Shown: in pieces, positions 12,097-28,359 of the stretch
Numbering within the stretch: position 1 is the stretch's first letter
How the letters are laid out: every line of letters begins with the position of its first letter
NCBI RefSeq assembly: GCF_000026545.1
Contig: NC_011601.1
Direction: 5' to 3' (one strand)
DNA length: 64,000 nucleotides
Source: Escherichia coli O127:H6 str. E2348/69
GTDB lineage: Bacteria > Pseudomonadota > Gammaproteobacteria > Enterobacterales > Enterobacteriaceae
Position numbers and translations under genes: made by a program
Notes under the pieces: model-generated
Told to the model about the DNA's origin: nothing
Seen by the model: the letters and a program-made list of their open reading frames with translations, nothing else
Databases searched by the model: none

Positions 12097-13158
12097 TCAG
12101 TCTTGCGCGATTTGCCCATCAGGCCAGGCGTGAATCACGGCTTTGATCAGCGTCGCCAATGGAATAGCGAAGAATACGCCCCAGAATCCCCACAAACCAC
12201 CGAAGATCACCACCGATAAAATAATCACCAGAGGATGCAGGTTAACCGCTTCGGAGAACAACACCGGTACTAACAGGTTGCCGTCCAGCGCCTGAATAAT
12301 CAGATACACCGCGAAACAGCTCCAGAATTCCGTGCCAGCACCAAACTGGAATAGCGCCACGCCAATCACCGGAATGGTCACCACAAATGCGCCAATGTAC
12401 GGAATAAGTACCGAGAAGCCGACCAGCACCGCCAGCAGCAGCGAATAGTTCAGCCCGAAGAGTAAGAACCCCAGCCAGGTGGCGATCCCTACCACGATCA
12501 TCTCCAGCACTTTGCCGCGGATATAGTTGGTGATTTGTTGATTCATCTCCTTCCACACCTGTCCTGCCAGTCCACGGTTGCGCGGCAGCACCCGGCGAAC
12601 GGCGTTCAGCATCTGCTCTTTGTCTTTCAGCAGGAAGAAGACCATCAATGGCACCAGCACCAGATAGACGGCAATGGTCAGCAAACCGACCAACGAGGCG
12701 AGGGAAATTTTCACCACCGAATCGCCCATGGTCAGCATCCGACTGCGCATATTTTCGGCCATTGCATCAATAATGCCCGCATCCATTAACGCCGGATAGC
12801 GGCGCGGCAACGTGGCGGCAAAGTCAGAAAGCTTATTGAGCATCCCCGGCATATCGCGGATTAAGTAGATGCCCTGCTGCCAGGCAATAGGCAGAACCAC
12901 GAACGCCATCAGTAGCAGGATGCCCACAAACAGGATCAGCACGATAGATGTCGCCCAAGGGCGGGAACAGCCAATAGACTGCAGGCGGACAGTCGGCCAT
13001 TCCAGTAAATAGGCCAGAACAATAGCCACCAGCAACGGAGCAAGCAGTCCACTAAAGAAAAAGATAATGCCAAATCCGGCAACTAAAATAACCAGCAAGG
13101 CAATCGCTTCCGGATCGCTAAAACGGCGGCGATACCATTGCATCAACATTTCGAGCAT
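12097..13158 (-). CDS. perM: AI-2E/PerM family permease (YfgO)
   Basis: 353-aa polytopic membrane ORF matching my recollection of K-12 PerM. Confidence 0.9.
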   Translation of the reverse strand: MLEMLMQWYRRRFSDPEAIALLVILVAGFGIIFFFSGLLAPLLVAIVLAYLLEWPTVRLQSIGCSRPWATSIVLILFVGILLLMAFVVLPIAWQQGIYLIRDMPGMLNKLSDFAATLPRRYPALMDAGIIDAMAENMRSRMLTMGDSVVKISLASLVGLLTIAVYLVLVPLMVFFLLKDKEQMLNAVRRVLPRNRGLAGQVWKEMNQQITNYIRGKVLEMIVVGIATWLGFLLFGLNYSLLLAVLVGFSVLIPYIGAFVVTIPVIGVALFQFGAGTEFWSCFAVYLIIQALDGNLLVPVLFSEAVNLHPLVIILSVVIFGGLWGFWGVFFAIPLATLIKAVIHAWPDGQIAQD

Positions 13159-13370
13159 ACAGACCTTCCCTGAACCTCAAGAGCGGGATTGCGATCCGCA
13201 ATTGTATCGAAATGTCACAAAAAAGACTTCGCTTTTTATGACGGATTCAGGAAACTGAAAAGTCATTTGAGTGGGCTAATCTTCGCCGTTACACTCAAAG
13301 GCGGCGCGGTGGGAACGATATTTCACAGTATCGGTCAAATGACTATCTCCAGAAATACAGGATAGAGGTT

Positions 13371-14834
13371 ATGTTCAGGCAGTTGAAAAAAAACCTGGTT
13401 GCAACCCTCATTGCTGCTATGACCATTGGTCAGGTAGCCCCGGCGTTTGCCGACAGCGCAGACACCTTGCCGGATATGGGAACCTCCGCAGGAAGCACAC
13501 TTTCCATTGGTCAGGAAATGCAGATGGGCGACTATTATGTCCGCCAGTTACGCGGCAGCGCGCCGTTAATTAATGATCCGCTGTTAACGCAATACATTAA
13601 TTTGCTAGGAATGCGTCTGGTTTCGCATGCCAATTCGGTTAAGACACCGTTTCATTTCTTTCTGATCAACAACGATGAAATTAACGCCTTTGCTTTCTTT
13701 GGCGGCAACGTGGTGCTGCACTCTGCCCTGTTCCGTTATTCCGATAACGAAAGTCAACTGGCTTCAGTTATGGCGCACGAAATCTCCCACGTCACCCAAC
13801 GTCACCTGGCGCGAGCGATGGAAGATCAGCAGCGCAGCGCGCCGCTGACCTGGGTCGGCGCGTTAGGTTCTATTTTACTGGCGATGGCCAGTCCGCAGGC
13901 GGGGATGGCGGCGCTGACCGGTACACTGGCGGGAACGCGCCAGGGGATGATCAGTTTCACCCAGCAAAATGAACAGGAAGCGGACCGCATTGGTATTCAG
14001 GTGCTGCAACGCTCGGGATTCGATCCGCAGGCGATGCCGACCTTCCTCGAAAAATTACTCGATCAGGCGCGTTACTCTTCGCGCCCACCAGAAATTCTGC
14101 TCACTCACCCACTACCGGAAAGCCGTCTGGCTGATGCCCGTAACCGTGCCAATCAGATGCGCCCGATAGTGGTGCAATCGTCAGAAGATTTCTATCTGGC
14201 AAAAGTGCGCACACTGGGGATGTACAATTCAGGGCGTAACCAACTCACCAGTGATTTGCTGGATGAATGGGCGAAAGGAAACGTTCGTCAGCAACGAGCG
14301 GCGCAATATGGTCGTGCTTTACAGGCGATGGAAGCCAATAAATACGACGAGGCACGTAAAACGCTGCAACCGTTACTGGTGGCAGAACCTGGCAACGCAT
14401 GGTATCTCGATCTGGCTACCGATATTGATCTTGGGCAAAACAAAGCCAATGACGCTATCAATCGCCTGAAAAATGCCCGCGATTTGCGCACCAATCCGGT
14501 GTTGCAGCTCAACCTGGCGAACGCTTATCTGCAAGGGGGGCAACCACAGGAAGCGGCCAATATTCTGAATCGCTACACTTTTAACAATAAAGATGACAGC
14601 AACGGCTGGGATTTACTGGCACAGGCGGAAGCCGCACTAAATAACCGCGATCAGGAACTGGCTGCGCGAGCAGAAGGTTATGCGCTCGCCGGGCGACTCG
14701 ATCAGGCTATTTCCTTGTTGAGTAGCGCCAGTTCGCAGGTGAAATTAGGCAGCCTGCAACAAGCGCGTTACGATGCGCGCATCGACCAGTTGCGCCAGCT
14801 GCAGGAACGCTTTAAGCCTTATACCAAGATGTAA
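13371..14834 (+). CDS. bepA: Periplasmic beta-barrel assembly-enhancing protease BepA (YfgC)
   Basis: 487 aa with signal peptide, M48 HEISH zinc motif and C-terminal TPR region. Confidence 0.95.
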   Translation: MFRQLKKNLVATLIAAMTIGQVAPAFADSADTLPDMGTSAGSTLSIGQEMQMGDYYVRQLRGSAPLINDPLLTQYINLLGMRLVSHANSVKTPFHFFLINNDEINAFAFFGGNVVLHSALFRYSDNESQLASVMAHEISHVTQRHLARAMEDQQRSAPLTWVGALGSILLAMASPQAGMAALTGTLAGTRQGMISFTQQNEQEADRIGIQVLQRSGFDPQAMPTFLEKLLDQARYSSRPPEILLTHPLPESRLADARNRANQMRPIVVQSSEDFYLAKVRTLGMYNSGRNQLTSDLLDEWAKGNVRQQRAAQYGRALQAMEANKYDEARKTLQPLLVAEPGNAWYLDLATDIDLGQNKANDAINRLKNARDLRTNPVLQLNLANAYLQGGQPQEAANILNRYTFNNKDDSNGWDLLAQAEAALNNRDQELAARAEGYALAGRLDQAISLLSSASSQVKLGSLQQARYDARIDQLRQLQERFKPYTKM

Positions 14835-14854
14835 TTCGCATTAAAGGAAGAACA

Positions 14855-15214
14855 ATGACCAAACAGGTAAAAATCTACCATAACCCACGCTGTTCAAAGA
14901 GCCGGGAAACGCTGAACCTGCTGAAAGAAAACGGCGTGGAGCCAGAAGTGGTGCTCTACCTTGAGACACCCGCCGATGCGGCAACGCTGCGCGATTTGCT
15001 GAAAATGCTGGGGATGAATAGCGCTCGTGAATTGATGCGCCAAAAAGAGGATCTTTATAAAGAACTGAACCTGGCTGACAGTTCGCTTAGCGAAGAGGTG
15101 CTGATTCAGGCGATGGTAGAGAATCCGAAGCTAATGGAACGCCCGATTGTGGTCGCGAATGGCAAAGCGCGGATTGGTCGTCCACCGGAGCAGGTACTGG
15201 AAATCGTGGGTTAA
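14855..15214 (+). CDS. yfgD: ArsC-family arsenate reductase-like protein YfgD
   Basis: 119-aa ORF with N-terminal HNPRCSKSR motif. Confidence 0.9.
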   Translation: MTKQVKIYHNPRCSKSRETLNLLKENGVEPEVVLYLETPADAATLRDLLKMLGMNSARELMRQKEDLYKELNLADSSLSEEVLIQAMVENPKLMERPIVVANGKARIGRPPEQVLEIVG

Positions 15215-15243
15215 GATGTGCTCCATCGCTAGTTGAAGCACAT

Positions 15244-15337
15244 TGCCGGATGCGACGCTTGCCGCGTCTTATCCGGCCTACGAATACTATGGATTAACTT
15301 CGCGTAGGTCGGATAAGGCGTTCGCGCCGCATCCGAC
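15244..15337. repeat. REP/BIME element (two inverted REP units)
   Basis: TGCCGGATGCGACGCTTGCCGCGTCTTATCCGGCCTAC and GTAGGTCGGATAAGGCGTTCGCGCCGCATCCGAC. Confidence 0.8.
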
Positions 15338-15351
15338 AATAAACACCTTAT

Positions 15352-16053
15352 CTACAACTTCAGAATTTCTTTCACAAACGGAATGGTCAGCTTGCGTTGC
15401 GCGGTAATCGACGCACGATCCAGCTGATCCAGCGTCATAAACAACGTGCGCATTTCTCTGTCGAGCCGCTTCAGCAAGAAACGCCCCACATCTTCCGGCA
15501 GTTCAAAACCACGCAAACGCGCGCGTAACTGTAGCGCCTGCAACTTATCTTCATCAGAAAGTGGCTGCAATTTGTAGATCTGCCCCCAGTCGAGACGCGA
15601 CGCGAGATCCGGTAATCCAAGATTCAACTGCCGCGGTGGACGATCGCCGGTGATCAACAACCGTGTTTTGCCCGATTCCAGAATTCGATTGTAAAGATCG
15701 AAAATCGCCATCTCCCACAACTCATCGCCGGCAATACACTCAATGTTGTCAATACAGACCAGCGACAAATGCTCCATACCGTCGAGCACTTCCGGAACAA
15801 ACCAGGTGCGTTTATCCAGCGGGACATAGCCCACCGCATCGCCACGCTGTGACAATTCCGCGCAAGCCGCGTGCAGCAGATGGCTGCGCCCCGCGCCTTC
15901 GCGTGCCCAGAGATAGATGTAACCGCTATGTTCCTGACGCAGCACGTTTTGCAGCGCGGCCAGTAAAGAGGAGTTATCCCCCGGCCAGAAACTTGCAAAG
16001 GTTTCGTCGTCAGGAAGATAAAGTGGCAAAGAGAGCTGTGCCGGTGTGTTCAG
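15352..16053 (-). CDS. hda: DnaA-inactivating (RIDA) protein Hda, 233 aa from CTG start
   Basis: AAA+ protein with N-terminal clamp-binding QLSLPL. Start set at the CTG giving (M)[10 protein letters not shown], the experimentally revised K-12 start as I recall it. Track ORF extends to 16098. Confidence 0.88.
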
Positions 16054-16147
16054 AGATACCTCAACCAGGATTTCACAAAATCGCGAGAAGTTTACCACAG
16101 AATCCCATGATGTTTGAACCGGGCAGCAACACTGCCCGGTCGGTACA

Positions 16148-17437
16148 TTATTTGTCTGTTATATCCGCGTCTTCTGCGTCCAGCACCACTTCTTCAGGGC
16201 GCAGCATACTAATCAGTTTGAAGATCAAACTTAAGCCGATACCGACGATGGTCGCCAGCGCCATACCTTTCAGCTCCGCCGCGCCAATGTTTACCTTCGC
16301 GCCACTGACGCCGATGATCAAAATAACGGAAGTCAGGATCAGGTTCTGTGCTTTGTTGTAATCCACTTTCGATTCGATCAACACACGAATACCGGAAGCA
16401 CCGATGACACCGTAAAGCAGCAGCGAAACGCCGCCCATCACCGGCAATGGAATCATCTGGATAGCAGCAGCCAGTTTACCGACGCAGGAAAGCAGGATAG
16501 CGAAAATCGCCGCACCGCCGATAACCCAGGTACTGTAAACACGGGTGATCGCCATCACGCCAATGTTTTCCCCGTAGGTGGTGTTTGGTGTGGAACCAAA
16601 GAAACCGGAGATCACGGTCGACAAGCCGTTAGCAAACATCGAACGGTGCAGACCTGGATCGCGCAGCAGATCTTTTTTGACGATATTAGCCGTTACCACC
16701 AGGTGCCCTACGTGTTCGGCAATAACCACTAACGCCGCTGGCAGAATAGTCAGAATGGCAAACCACTCGAAGCGCGGCGTATAGAGGGTTGGCAGCGCAA
16801 ACCAGTGAGCATTAATAATCGGCGTGGTATCGACAATTCCCATTGCGAAAGAGAGCGCGTAGCCCACCAGCACGCCAATTAAAATCGGGATAATTGCCAG
16901 GAAACCACGAAACAGCACGGAACCTAAAACCGTAACCGCCAGCGTGGTAATGGAGATGATGATGGTTTTGGAGTCTGGAGTTTGCCCTTCAGCCGGGAGT
17001 AAACCTGCCATACCGGCAGCTACGCCCGCCAGCTCCAGACCGATGACGGCAACGATTGCGCCCATTGCCGCAGGTGGAAACAGCACGTCCAGCCAGCCGG
17101 TCCCCGCTTTCTTCACGATAAAAGAAACCAGGCAGAACAGCACGCCGCACATAATAAAGCCGCCCAGCGCGACTTCATACCCCAACGGCAACAGTAACAA
17201 TACCGGTGAAATAAAGGCAAAGCTGGAACCAAGATAAGCCGGAATTTTCCCTTTACAGATGAAGAGATACAGCAGTGTTCCTATACCGTTAAATAACAGT
17301 ACAGTCGCCGGGTTAATATGAAATAAGACGGGCACCAGGACGGTTGCACCAAACATGGCGAACAAATGTTGCAAACTAAGCGGGATTGTCTGTAAAAGTG
17401 GCGGTCTTTCACTCACCCCGATAGCACGGCGCGTCAT
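16148..17437 (-). CDS. uraA: Uracil:proton symporter
   Basis: 429 aa from [16 protein letters not shown] (15th codon of track ORF). NCS2 family. Confidence 0.95.
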   Translation of the reverse strand: MTRRAIGVSERPPLLQTIPLSLQHLFAMFGATVLVPVLFHINPATVLLFNGIGTLLYLFICKGKIPAYLGSSFAFISPVLLLLPLGYEVALGGFIMCGVLFCLVSFIVKKAGTGWLDVLFPPAAMGAIVAVIGLELAGVAAGMAGLLPAEGQTPDSKTIIISITTLAVTVLGSVLFRGFLAIIPILIGVLVGYALSFAMGIVDTTPIINAHWFALPTLYTPRFEWFAILTILPAALVVIAEHVGHLVVTANIVKKDLLRDPGLHRSMFANGLSTVISGFFGSTPNTTYGENIGVMAITRVYSTWVIGGAAIFAILLSCVGKLAAAIQMIPLPVMGGVSLLLYGVIGASGIRVLIESKVDYNKAQNLILTSVILIIGVSGAKVNIGAAELKGMALATIVGIGLSLIFKLISMLRPEEVVLDAEDADITDK

Positions 17438-17477
17438 AGTATTATCCTCTGTATTATGTGTTATAGGCGCTTTACTC

Positions 17478-17505
17478 AAAAAAAAGCCGACTCTTAAAGT
17501 CGGCT
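17478..17505 (-). terminator. Intrinsic terminator/attenuator downstream of upp, upstream of uraA
   Basis: Minus strand reads AGCCGACT-TTAAG-AGTCGGCT followed by T8. Confidence 0.75.
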
Positions 17506-17522
17506 TTAATTATTTTTATTCT

Positions 17523-18149
17523 TTATTTCGTACCAAAGATTTTGTCACCGGCATCGCCGAGGCCCGGAATAATGTATCCGTGCTCGTTCAGTCCCTGGTC
17601 AATCGATGCAGTATACAGTTCGACGTCCGGGTGCGCTTTTTCCAGCGCAGCGATACCTTCTGGTGCAGCTACCAGCACCAGAACTTTGATGCTGCTGCAG
17701 CCCGCTTTTTTCAGCAGGTCGATGGTCGCGATAACGGAACCACCGGTTGCCAGCATTGGGTCAACGATCAGCGCCATACGCTCATCGATGTTAGAAACCA
17801 GTTTCTGGAAGTACGGTACCGGCTCCAGCGTTTCTTCATTACGGTACATACCGACGACACTGATGCGCGCACTCGGAACGTTTTCCAGCACACCGTCCAT
17901 CATCCCAAGACCCGCACGCAGAATTGGCACAACGGTAATTTTCTTACCTTTGATCTGGTCGATTTCTACCGGGCCGTTCCAGCCTTCGATAGTGACTTTT
18001 TCCGTTTCGAGGTCGGCGGTCGCTTCGTAAGTCAGCAGGCTACCCACTTCGGAAGCGAGTTCGCGAAAGCGCTTGGTGCTGATATCTTGCTCACGCATCA
18101 GTCCCAGCTTGTGTTTGACGAGTGGGTGTTTGACTTCCACGATCTTCAT
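17523..18149 (-). CDS. upp: Uracil phosphoribosyltransferase
   Basis: 208 aa from [15 protein letters not shown] (10th codon of track ORF). Confidence 0.96.
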
Positions 18150-18393
18150 ACTCTTTCTCCTTTGAGGGGCAGCCACAAAAAAAATCGATGGATTATACCT
18201 CCTTTCTTCAAGGCGGCAATATTATTTTCGTTGACTTTAGTCAAAATGATAACGGTTTGAGATAAAGTTATTTTATATTCAAATGGTTATGGAAGAAGAT
18301 TATTCCATCCGAAAACGATCCTTTGCCCTGGTACAAGTATTCTTTCGCCGCGCGCCTGGGGAAAAGACGTGCAAAAAGGTTGTGTAAAGCAGT

Positions 18394-18409
18394 CTCGCAA
18401 ACGTTTGCT
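18394..18409. promoter_or_regulatory. PurR operator (PUR box) of purMN
   Basis: CGCAAACGTTTGC core palindrome about 65 bp upstream of the purM start. Confidence 0.75.
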
Positions 18410-18455
18410 TTCCCTGTTAGAATTGCGCCGAATTTTATTTTTCTACCGCAAGTAA

Positions 18456-19510
<1,055 letters not shown>

Positions 19511-19511
<1 letters not shown>

Positions 19512-20149
19512 TGAATATTGTGGTGCTTATTTCCGGCAACGGAAGTAATTTGCAGGCAATTATTGACGCCTGCAAAACCAACAAAATTAAAGGCACCGTA
19601 CGGGCAGTTTTCAGCAATAAGGCCGACGCGTTCGGCCTTGAACGAGCCCGCCAGGCGGGTATTGCAACGCATACGCTCATCACCAGCGCGTTTGACAGTC
19701 GTGAAGCCTATGACCGGGAGTTGATTCATGAAATCGACATGTACGCACCCGATGTGGTCGTGCTGGCTGGTTTTATGCGCATTCTCAGCCCGGCGTTTGT
19801 CTCCCACTATGCCGGGCGTTTGCTGAACATTCACCCTTCTCTGCTGCCGAAATATCCCGGATTACACACCCATCGTCAGGCGCTGGAAAATGGCGATGAG
19901 GAGCACGGTACATCGGTGCATTTCGTCACCGATGAACTGGACGGTGGCCCGGTTATTTTACAGGCGAAAGTCCCGGTATTTGCTGGTGATACGGAAGATG
20001 ACATCACCGCCCGCGTGCAAACCCAGGAACACGCTATTTATCCACTGGTGATTAGCTGGTTTGCCGATGGTCGTCTGAAAATGCACGAAAACGCCGCGTG
20101 GCTGGATGGTCAACGTCTGCCGCCGCAGGTCTACGCTGCCGACGAGTAA
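19511..20149 (+). CDS. purN: GAR transformylase
   Basis: 212-aa formyltransferase ORF, translationally coupled to purM. Confidence 0.96.
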
Positions 20150-20320
20150 TGCCCCCGTAGTTAAAGCGCCAGCTCTGCCGCTGGCGTTTTTCAATTCACC
20201 TGTAAATCGCAAGCTCCAGCAGTTTTTTTCCCCCTTTTCTGGCATAGTTGGACATCTGCCAATATTGCTCGCCATAATATCCAGGCAGTGTCCCGTGAAT
20301 AAAACGGAGTAAAAGTGGTA

Positions 20321-23933
<3,613 letters not shown>

Positions 23934-23939
23934 TGCTTT

Positions 23940-23966
23940 GCGGGCCGACGAGAAATGTCGGCCCGC
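23940..23966. terminator. GC-rich hairpin between convergent ppx and pdeF (weak T-tract)
   Basis: GCGGGCCGAC-7nt-GTCGGCCCGC 10-bp stem followed by ATTATT. Confidence 0.5.
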
Positions 23967-23971
23967 ATTAT

Positions 23972-26215
23972 TCAGGCACTTTCGCGAATGGGTTCGATTT
24001 CATTCAGCGTATCAATTAACGGTTGCGGCTTACCAATAAGATAACCCTGCATATAATCGATCCCCAAAGAGAGCACCGCCTCGCGGATCTCTTCGTTTTC
24101 AACGTACTCCGCCACTACCCGCATTTTCTTCATTCGCGCCAGGTGGCAAATCGACGCCACTATCTGATAATCCAGACTATTTGACACAATATTGCGGATA
24201 AAACTGCCGTCAATTTTAAGCAGATCGGCATTCACATTTTTAAGCCGCGCATAGCTGGCGTAGCCGGTGTCGAAATCATCAATCGCAATCTGGCAGCCTA
24301 ATTCCTGAAGATGCTGCAAGGTGATTTGCGCCTGCTTAACATTGGTCAGAGCATTACTTTCGGTGACTTCAAAAATAAGTTGCCACGCTTCAATCTGATA
24401 TTTAGCCAGCAGCTGACTGACTTCAACAGGAAAACGAGCCTGACATACCGAGGTTGGAGACAGATTAATAGCAAAACGGTGAGCGGGCATCTTCGCTCTG
24501 TTTTCAGCCATAAATTGCAGCGTATGCTCAAGGACCCACATGTCGATACTCGACGATAAACCAAATTCGTGCGCGACCGGTAAGAAGCTATCGGGGCTGA
24601 TCAGCTCATCATTCTCACCCTTCATGCGCAGAAGAATTTCATGGTAAACATCACCACGCATACCGGTAATCGGCTGGGCCATCAGGAAAAAATGGTTGTG
24701 TTCCAGCGCCTGCTGTAGTCGATTCATCATCACGACTTTATCTTTCAATTCGCGTTGCAAATACATTGCTCCGCGACGCTGCATATTTTCCGGGGTGTTG
24801 GTCACGATGGAAAGTTCGGCCACCGTATTTAGCTCTCCCAGCAGCAGGTAGATATGATTCACCGGCGAGCGCACATAGCAGTAACTGACGCCAATCTGCG
24901 GTTGCATCGGCATTCCATCCCAAAAGAAACGAAATTGCTTGAGATGGCTATCCAGTGCGGTAATGCGCTCCTGGTGCGATTCTGTATTCAGCCGCAGCGC
25001 GAGATCGTTACCCGAAAGCTGATAAACATCTTCACCCGGTTCCAGCAAGGGTGACAGCCAGTGAGAAAGTTTTTGCTTATATTGAATCCGCAGCATGATG
25101 CCATAATTCTTAACCAGCATTTCCATGCCAGGGATGCGTAAATAACAAAGCGCAGACCAGGGGGCATCACGTAACGCGCGATTCAGGGCGCGAACATTTG
25201 GCAGATGAACCACCGGGTCCACATACGCAAGCCGCTGAATGCGTCTGACTACCGCTCGCTGACGGGTTGCCAGTACAGCCATATAATTGACAATAAAAGA
25301 GAATACCAGATAACTGGAGGAGGTTATGGTCAGCTGCGTGGTATAGCCAGGATAAATGGGAATGTAATTTTGATAGCTGTGGATGCTGATCATCAACACG
25401 ACCGCCCAGAGCAATGAAATCAGCTTATAACCATAGCGCATCGCTCCCCACATCATCAGGGGCAGCAATAATGACAAGGTGTAATTGGTGCTAAAAATCG
25501 TGCTTTTTTCATTTAACGGCATGCATAACAGCAACAATAAAGCACCTAATGCCAGTAGCCAGATTGCGAACTCTTTTTGGGTAACTTTGGCATCAACCTG
25601 CTGTTTTAATTGCGAATAATAGCTACGTAAATAAAACGGATTTCGCACCACCCGAATGATGAAGTAGCACAGCGGGACACCAATCAGATTACCCACCAGC
25701 AAGGCCTGATAATTGATTAAGGTCCCGAGGTTAAAGGGCATGACGCCGACCAGATTTTCTCTGCTCGCCAGTAATCCAACAAACGCAGCAAACTGGAAAA
25801 GTATCAGAAACAGCGTTGCAGGAAACACAATCTGCCAGAATAGTCGCTGGGAAATTAAACGGCTATCACCATGTGAAACGTTGTTACGCCGGGGAGTAAA
25901 AACCCTGTAACCGCCCCAACAGAGAATGATAATGATAATAAAATTAGCCGTTAATGAGAGCGTTTCGTAAAAACCCAGCTCTGCATATTTGCGGACAAAA
26001 ATCCCTAAGGCGATCCCTGGCAATGCCGCCCAGTTGAAAAACATCATCATGCTGATCATCAGTGCCAGTGGCAGATAAAAGAGAAAAACTTCACCGGAAG
26101 AAATATGAGCGAAAGTATTAATGTGGGCGAAAATGGGCAAGATTAAAGAAGGCAGGAACAGCGGAAGCCCCCACCATTTATCACGTATTTTTATATAAGT
26201 TGCATTCAGTTTCAT
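23972..26215 (-). CDS. pdeF: Membrane-bound cyclic-di-GMP phosphodiesterase PdeF (YfgF): MASE1 + degenerate GGDEF + EAL
   Basis: 747-aa ORF with polytopic N-terminus and a C-terminal EAL domain (EVTE ... DDFDTGYAS ... KIDGSF). Confidence 0.9.
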   Translation of the reverse strand: MKLNATYIKIRDKWWGLPLFLPSLILPIFAHINTFAHISSGEVFLFYLPLALMISMMMFFNWAALPGIALGIFVRKYAELGFYETLSLTANFIIIIILCWGGYRVFTPRRNNVSHGDSRLISQRLFWQIVFPATLFLILFQFAAFVGLLASRENLVGVMPFNLGTLINYQALLVGNLIGVPLCYFIIRVVRNPFYLRSYYSQLKQQVDAKVTQKEFAIWLLALGALLLLLCMPLNEKSTIFSTNYTLSLLLPLMMWGAMRYGYKLISLLWAVVLMISIHSYQNYIPIYPGYTTQLTITSSSYLVFSFIVNYMAVLATRQRAVVRRIQRLAYVDPVVHLPNVRALNRALRDAPWSALCYLRIPGMEMLVKNYGIMLRIQYKQKLSHWLSPLLEPGEDVYQLSGNDLALRLNTESHQERITALDSHLKQFRFFWDGMPMQPQIGVSYCYVRSPVNHIYLLLGELNTVAELSIVTNTPENMQRRGAMYLQRELKDKVVMMNRLQQALEHNHFFLMAQPITGMRGDVYHEILLRMKGENDELISPDSFLPVAHEFGLSSSIDMWVLEHTLQFMAENRAKMPAHRFAINLSPTSVCQARFPVEVSQLLAKYQIEAWQLIFEVTESNALTNVKQAQITLQHLQELGCQIAIDDFDTGYASYARLKNVNADLLKIDGSFIRNIVSNSLDYQIVASICHLARMKKMRVVAEYVENEEIREAVLSLGIDYMQGYLIGKPQPLIDTLNEIEPIRESA

Positions 26216-26566
26216 AGATGCTCAGCAGAATCCCCCACATCCTGAAGGAGGTGTATTCAGACAGGCATCCCACCTGACTTCGAATGATGATTATTCATCA
26301 CTATAGAGAGCAATGATTCTAAGTGTCATATGAAAGTTCCAATTGATATATATCAAACAAAATAACCCTGATTAATGAATTATTACGTTTATCATGTTAA
26401 CTCATCATTATTACATCATCATTGTAAATAATTAAATTAACTTCCATAACATTAAAATATGTATCAACTGACGCTTTTTTACATAACGAAGAATTGACCA
26501 TTTTGTCCTGTTGTGCCTTAATGTAAGTACCGTCCACGGCGTGGGACATACTTCAAGGAACCTTTT

Positions 26567-26758
26567 GTGAGTCAGGCAACCAGTATGCGAAAACGACACC
26601 GATTTAACAGTCGCATGACCCGTATCGTACTGCTCATCAGCTTTATCTTCTTCTTTGGCCGTTTTATCTACTCGTCCGTCGGTGCCTGGCAGCACCATCA
26701 GAGCAAAAAAGAAGCTCAGCAATCCACACTCTCCGTCGAATCACCGGTACAACGTTAG
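26567..26758 (+). CDS. yfgG: Small membrane protein YfgG (63 aa, GTG start)
   Basis: Track ORF with one TM helix (IVLLISFIFFFGRFIY). K-12 position between yfgF and yfgH. Confidence 0.75.
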   Translation: MSQATSMRKRHRFNSRMTRIVLLISFIFFFGRFIYSSVGAWQHHQSKKEAQQSTLSVESPVQR

Positions 26759-27068
26759 CGGTTACCTTCTCCACTCTCACAGAACATAACGGCACCTCGC
26801 TGTCGGATGCTTTTGCTCTTTGAGATTATCAAAGCGGCAGATATTCTTTCATCTTAAATTTTACGTCTTTGTTCTGACTGAAGTTCATCCTGTTCGGCTG
26901 CGAAATAAATACATCATTAATACATATGTTGTGATGATGTATTTTTATAAATTATTTCCCACATGAATTTTAATAAATTTAATCTATTCCTTTATACGCA
27001 ATACATTTACTTTCCTCTTTTGATGATCTTAAATGTCTTATTTTTCGTAATGTGTATAACAAGGAATA

Positions 27069-27587
27069 GTGATGAAATTTAAAAAATGTCTTCTGCCTGT
27101 GGCAATGTTAGCGTCATTCACTCTGGCAGGATGCCAGTCAAATGCTGATGATCATGCCGCCGATGTTTATCAAACCGATCAACTGAATACCAAACAAGAA
27201 ACTAAAACCGTTAATATTATTTCCATTCTTCCCGCAAAAGTTGCCGTAGACAACGCCCAAAATAAACGGAACGCACAAGCCTTCGGCGCGCTTATTGGCG
27301 CTGTCGCTGGCGGTGTTATCGGCCACAACGTCGGGTCTGGCAGCAATTCCGGAACGACAGCAGGTGCAGTTGGCGGCGGAGCTGTTGGCGCAGCAGCGGG
27401 TTCTATGGTGAATGATAAAACCTTAGTGGAAGGTGTTTCTTTAACATATAAGGAAGGCACCAAAGTGTATACCTCCACCCAGGTGGGTAAAGAGTGCCAG
27501 TTTACGACAGGTTTAGCCGTTGTTATTACCACGACGTATAACGAAACGCGTATTCAGCCAAATACCAAATGTCCTGAAAAGAGCTAA
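27069..27587 (+). CDS. yfgH: Outer-membrane glycine-zipper lipoprotein YfgH
   Basis: 172 aa with lipobox LAGC and a Gly-rich GxxxG segment. Confidence 0.85.
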   Translation: MMKFKKCLLPVAMLASFTLAGCQSNADDHAADVYQTDQLNTKQETKTVNIISILPAKVAVDNAQNKRNAQAFGALIGAVAGGVIGHNVGSGSNSGTTAGAVGGGAVGAAAGSMVNDKTLVEGVSLTYKEGTKVYTSTQVGKECQFTTGLAVVITTTYNETRIQPNTKCPEKS

Positions 27588-27602
27588 TAATCAGGAGGAG
27601 TC

Positions 27603-28142
27603 ATGAAGAAAGTTTTTCTTTGCGCCATCTTAGCCTCCTTAAGCTATCCGGCTATCGCCTCATCATTGCAGGATCAACTCTCGGCTGTCGCAGAAGCGGA
27701 ACAGCAAGGTAAAAATGAAGAGCAAAGGCAGCATGACGAATGGGTCGCGGAGCGCAACAGGGAAATCCAGCAAGAGAAGCAACGTCGCGCAAACGCCCAG
27801 GCCGCGGCTAATAAAAGAGCGGCAACGGCAGCAGCGAATAAGAAAGCTCGTCAGGATAAACTGGACGCCGAAGCCACTGCGGACAAAAAACGCGATCAAA
27901 GTTATGAAGATGAGCTACGCAGCTTAGAGATTCAGAAACAAAAACTGGCGCTGGCGAAAGAAGAAGCCCGCGTTAAGCGCGAAAACGAATTTATCGATCA
28001 GGAACTGAAGCACAAAGCTGCGCAAACCGATGTGGTGCAATCTGAAGCTGACGCAAACAGGAATATGACTGAAGGCGGTCGCGATCTGATGAAAAGCGTG
28101 GGCAAAGCAGAAGAGAATAAATCAGATAGCTGGTTTAACTAA
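27603..28142 (+). CDS. yfgI: Periplasmic coiled-coil protein YfgI
   Basis: 179 aa with a signal peptide, highly charged and helical. K-12 synteny. Confidence 0.85.
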   Translation: MKKVFLCAILASLSYPAIASSLQDQLSAVAEAEQQGKNEEQRQHDEWVAERNREIQQEKQRRANAQAAANKRAATAAANKKARQDKLDAEATADKKRDQSYEDELRSLEIQKQKLALAKEEARVKRENEFIDQELKHKAAQTDVVQSEADANRNMTEGGRDLMKSVGKAEENKSDSWFN

Positions 28143-28186
28143 ACGATGTTAGTAACTTCAAGTCTATAATTCTTTAGGATAAAAAA

Positions 28187-28210
28187 CCCTCTGTAGTAAC
28201 AGAGGGTTTT
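28187..28210 (+). terminator. Intrinsic terminator of yfgI
   Basis: CCCTCTG-6nt-CAGAGGG stem followed by TTTT. Confidence 0.8.
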
Positions 28211-28234
28211 GTTCATTCATAGTGCAGGGTCAAA

Positions 28235-28249
28235 TCATTCCCACTCAAT
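28235..28249 (-). other. guaA: Detached 3' terminus of guaA (last 4 codons + stop) = prophage/host junction (att core region)
   Basis: TCATTCCCACTCAAT is the reverse complement of ATTGAGTGGGAATGA (..IEWE*), which I recall as the K-12 guaA C-terminus. Sequence turns AT-rich and phage-like immediately after 28249. Confidence 0.6.
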
Positions 28250-28359
28250 TATTTACTAAACTCATAACTAATTGACTGAAAACAACTTTTAAAACAATGA
28301 AATTTTTCATACCGTTTTATATACCGTCACCGGAAATCAGTACCATGAAAAATGCCATG

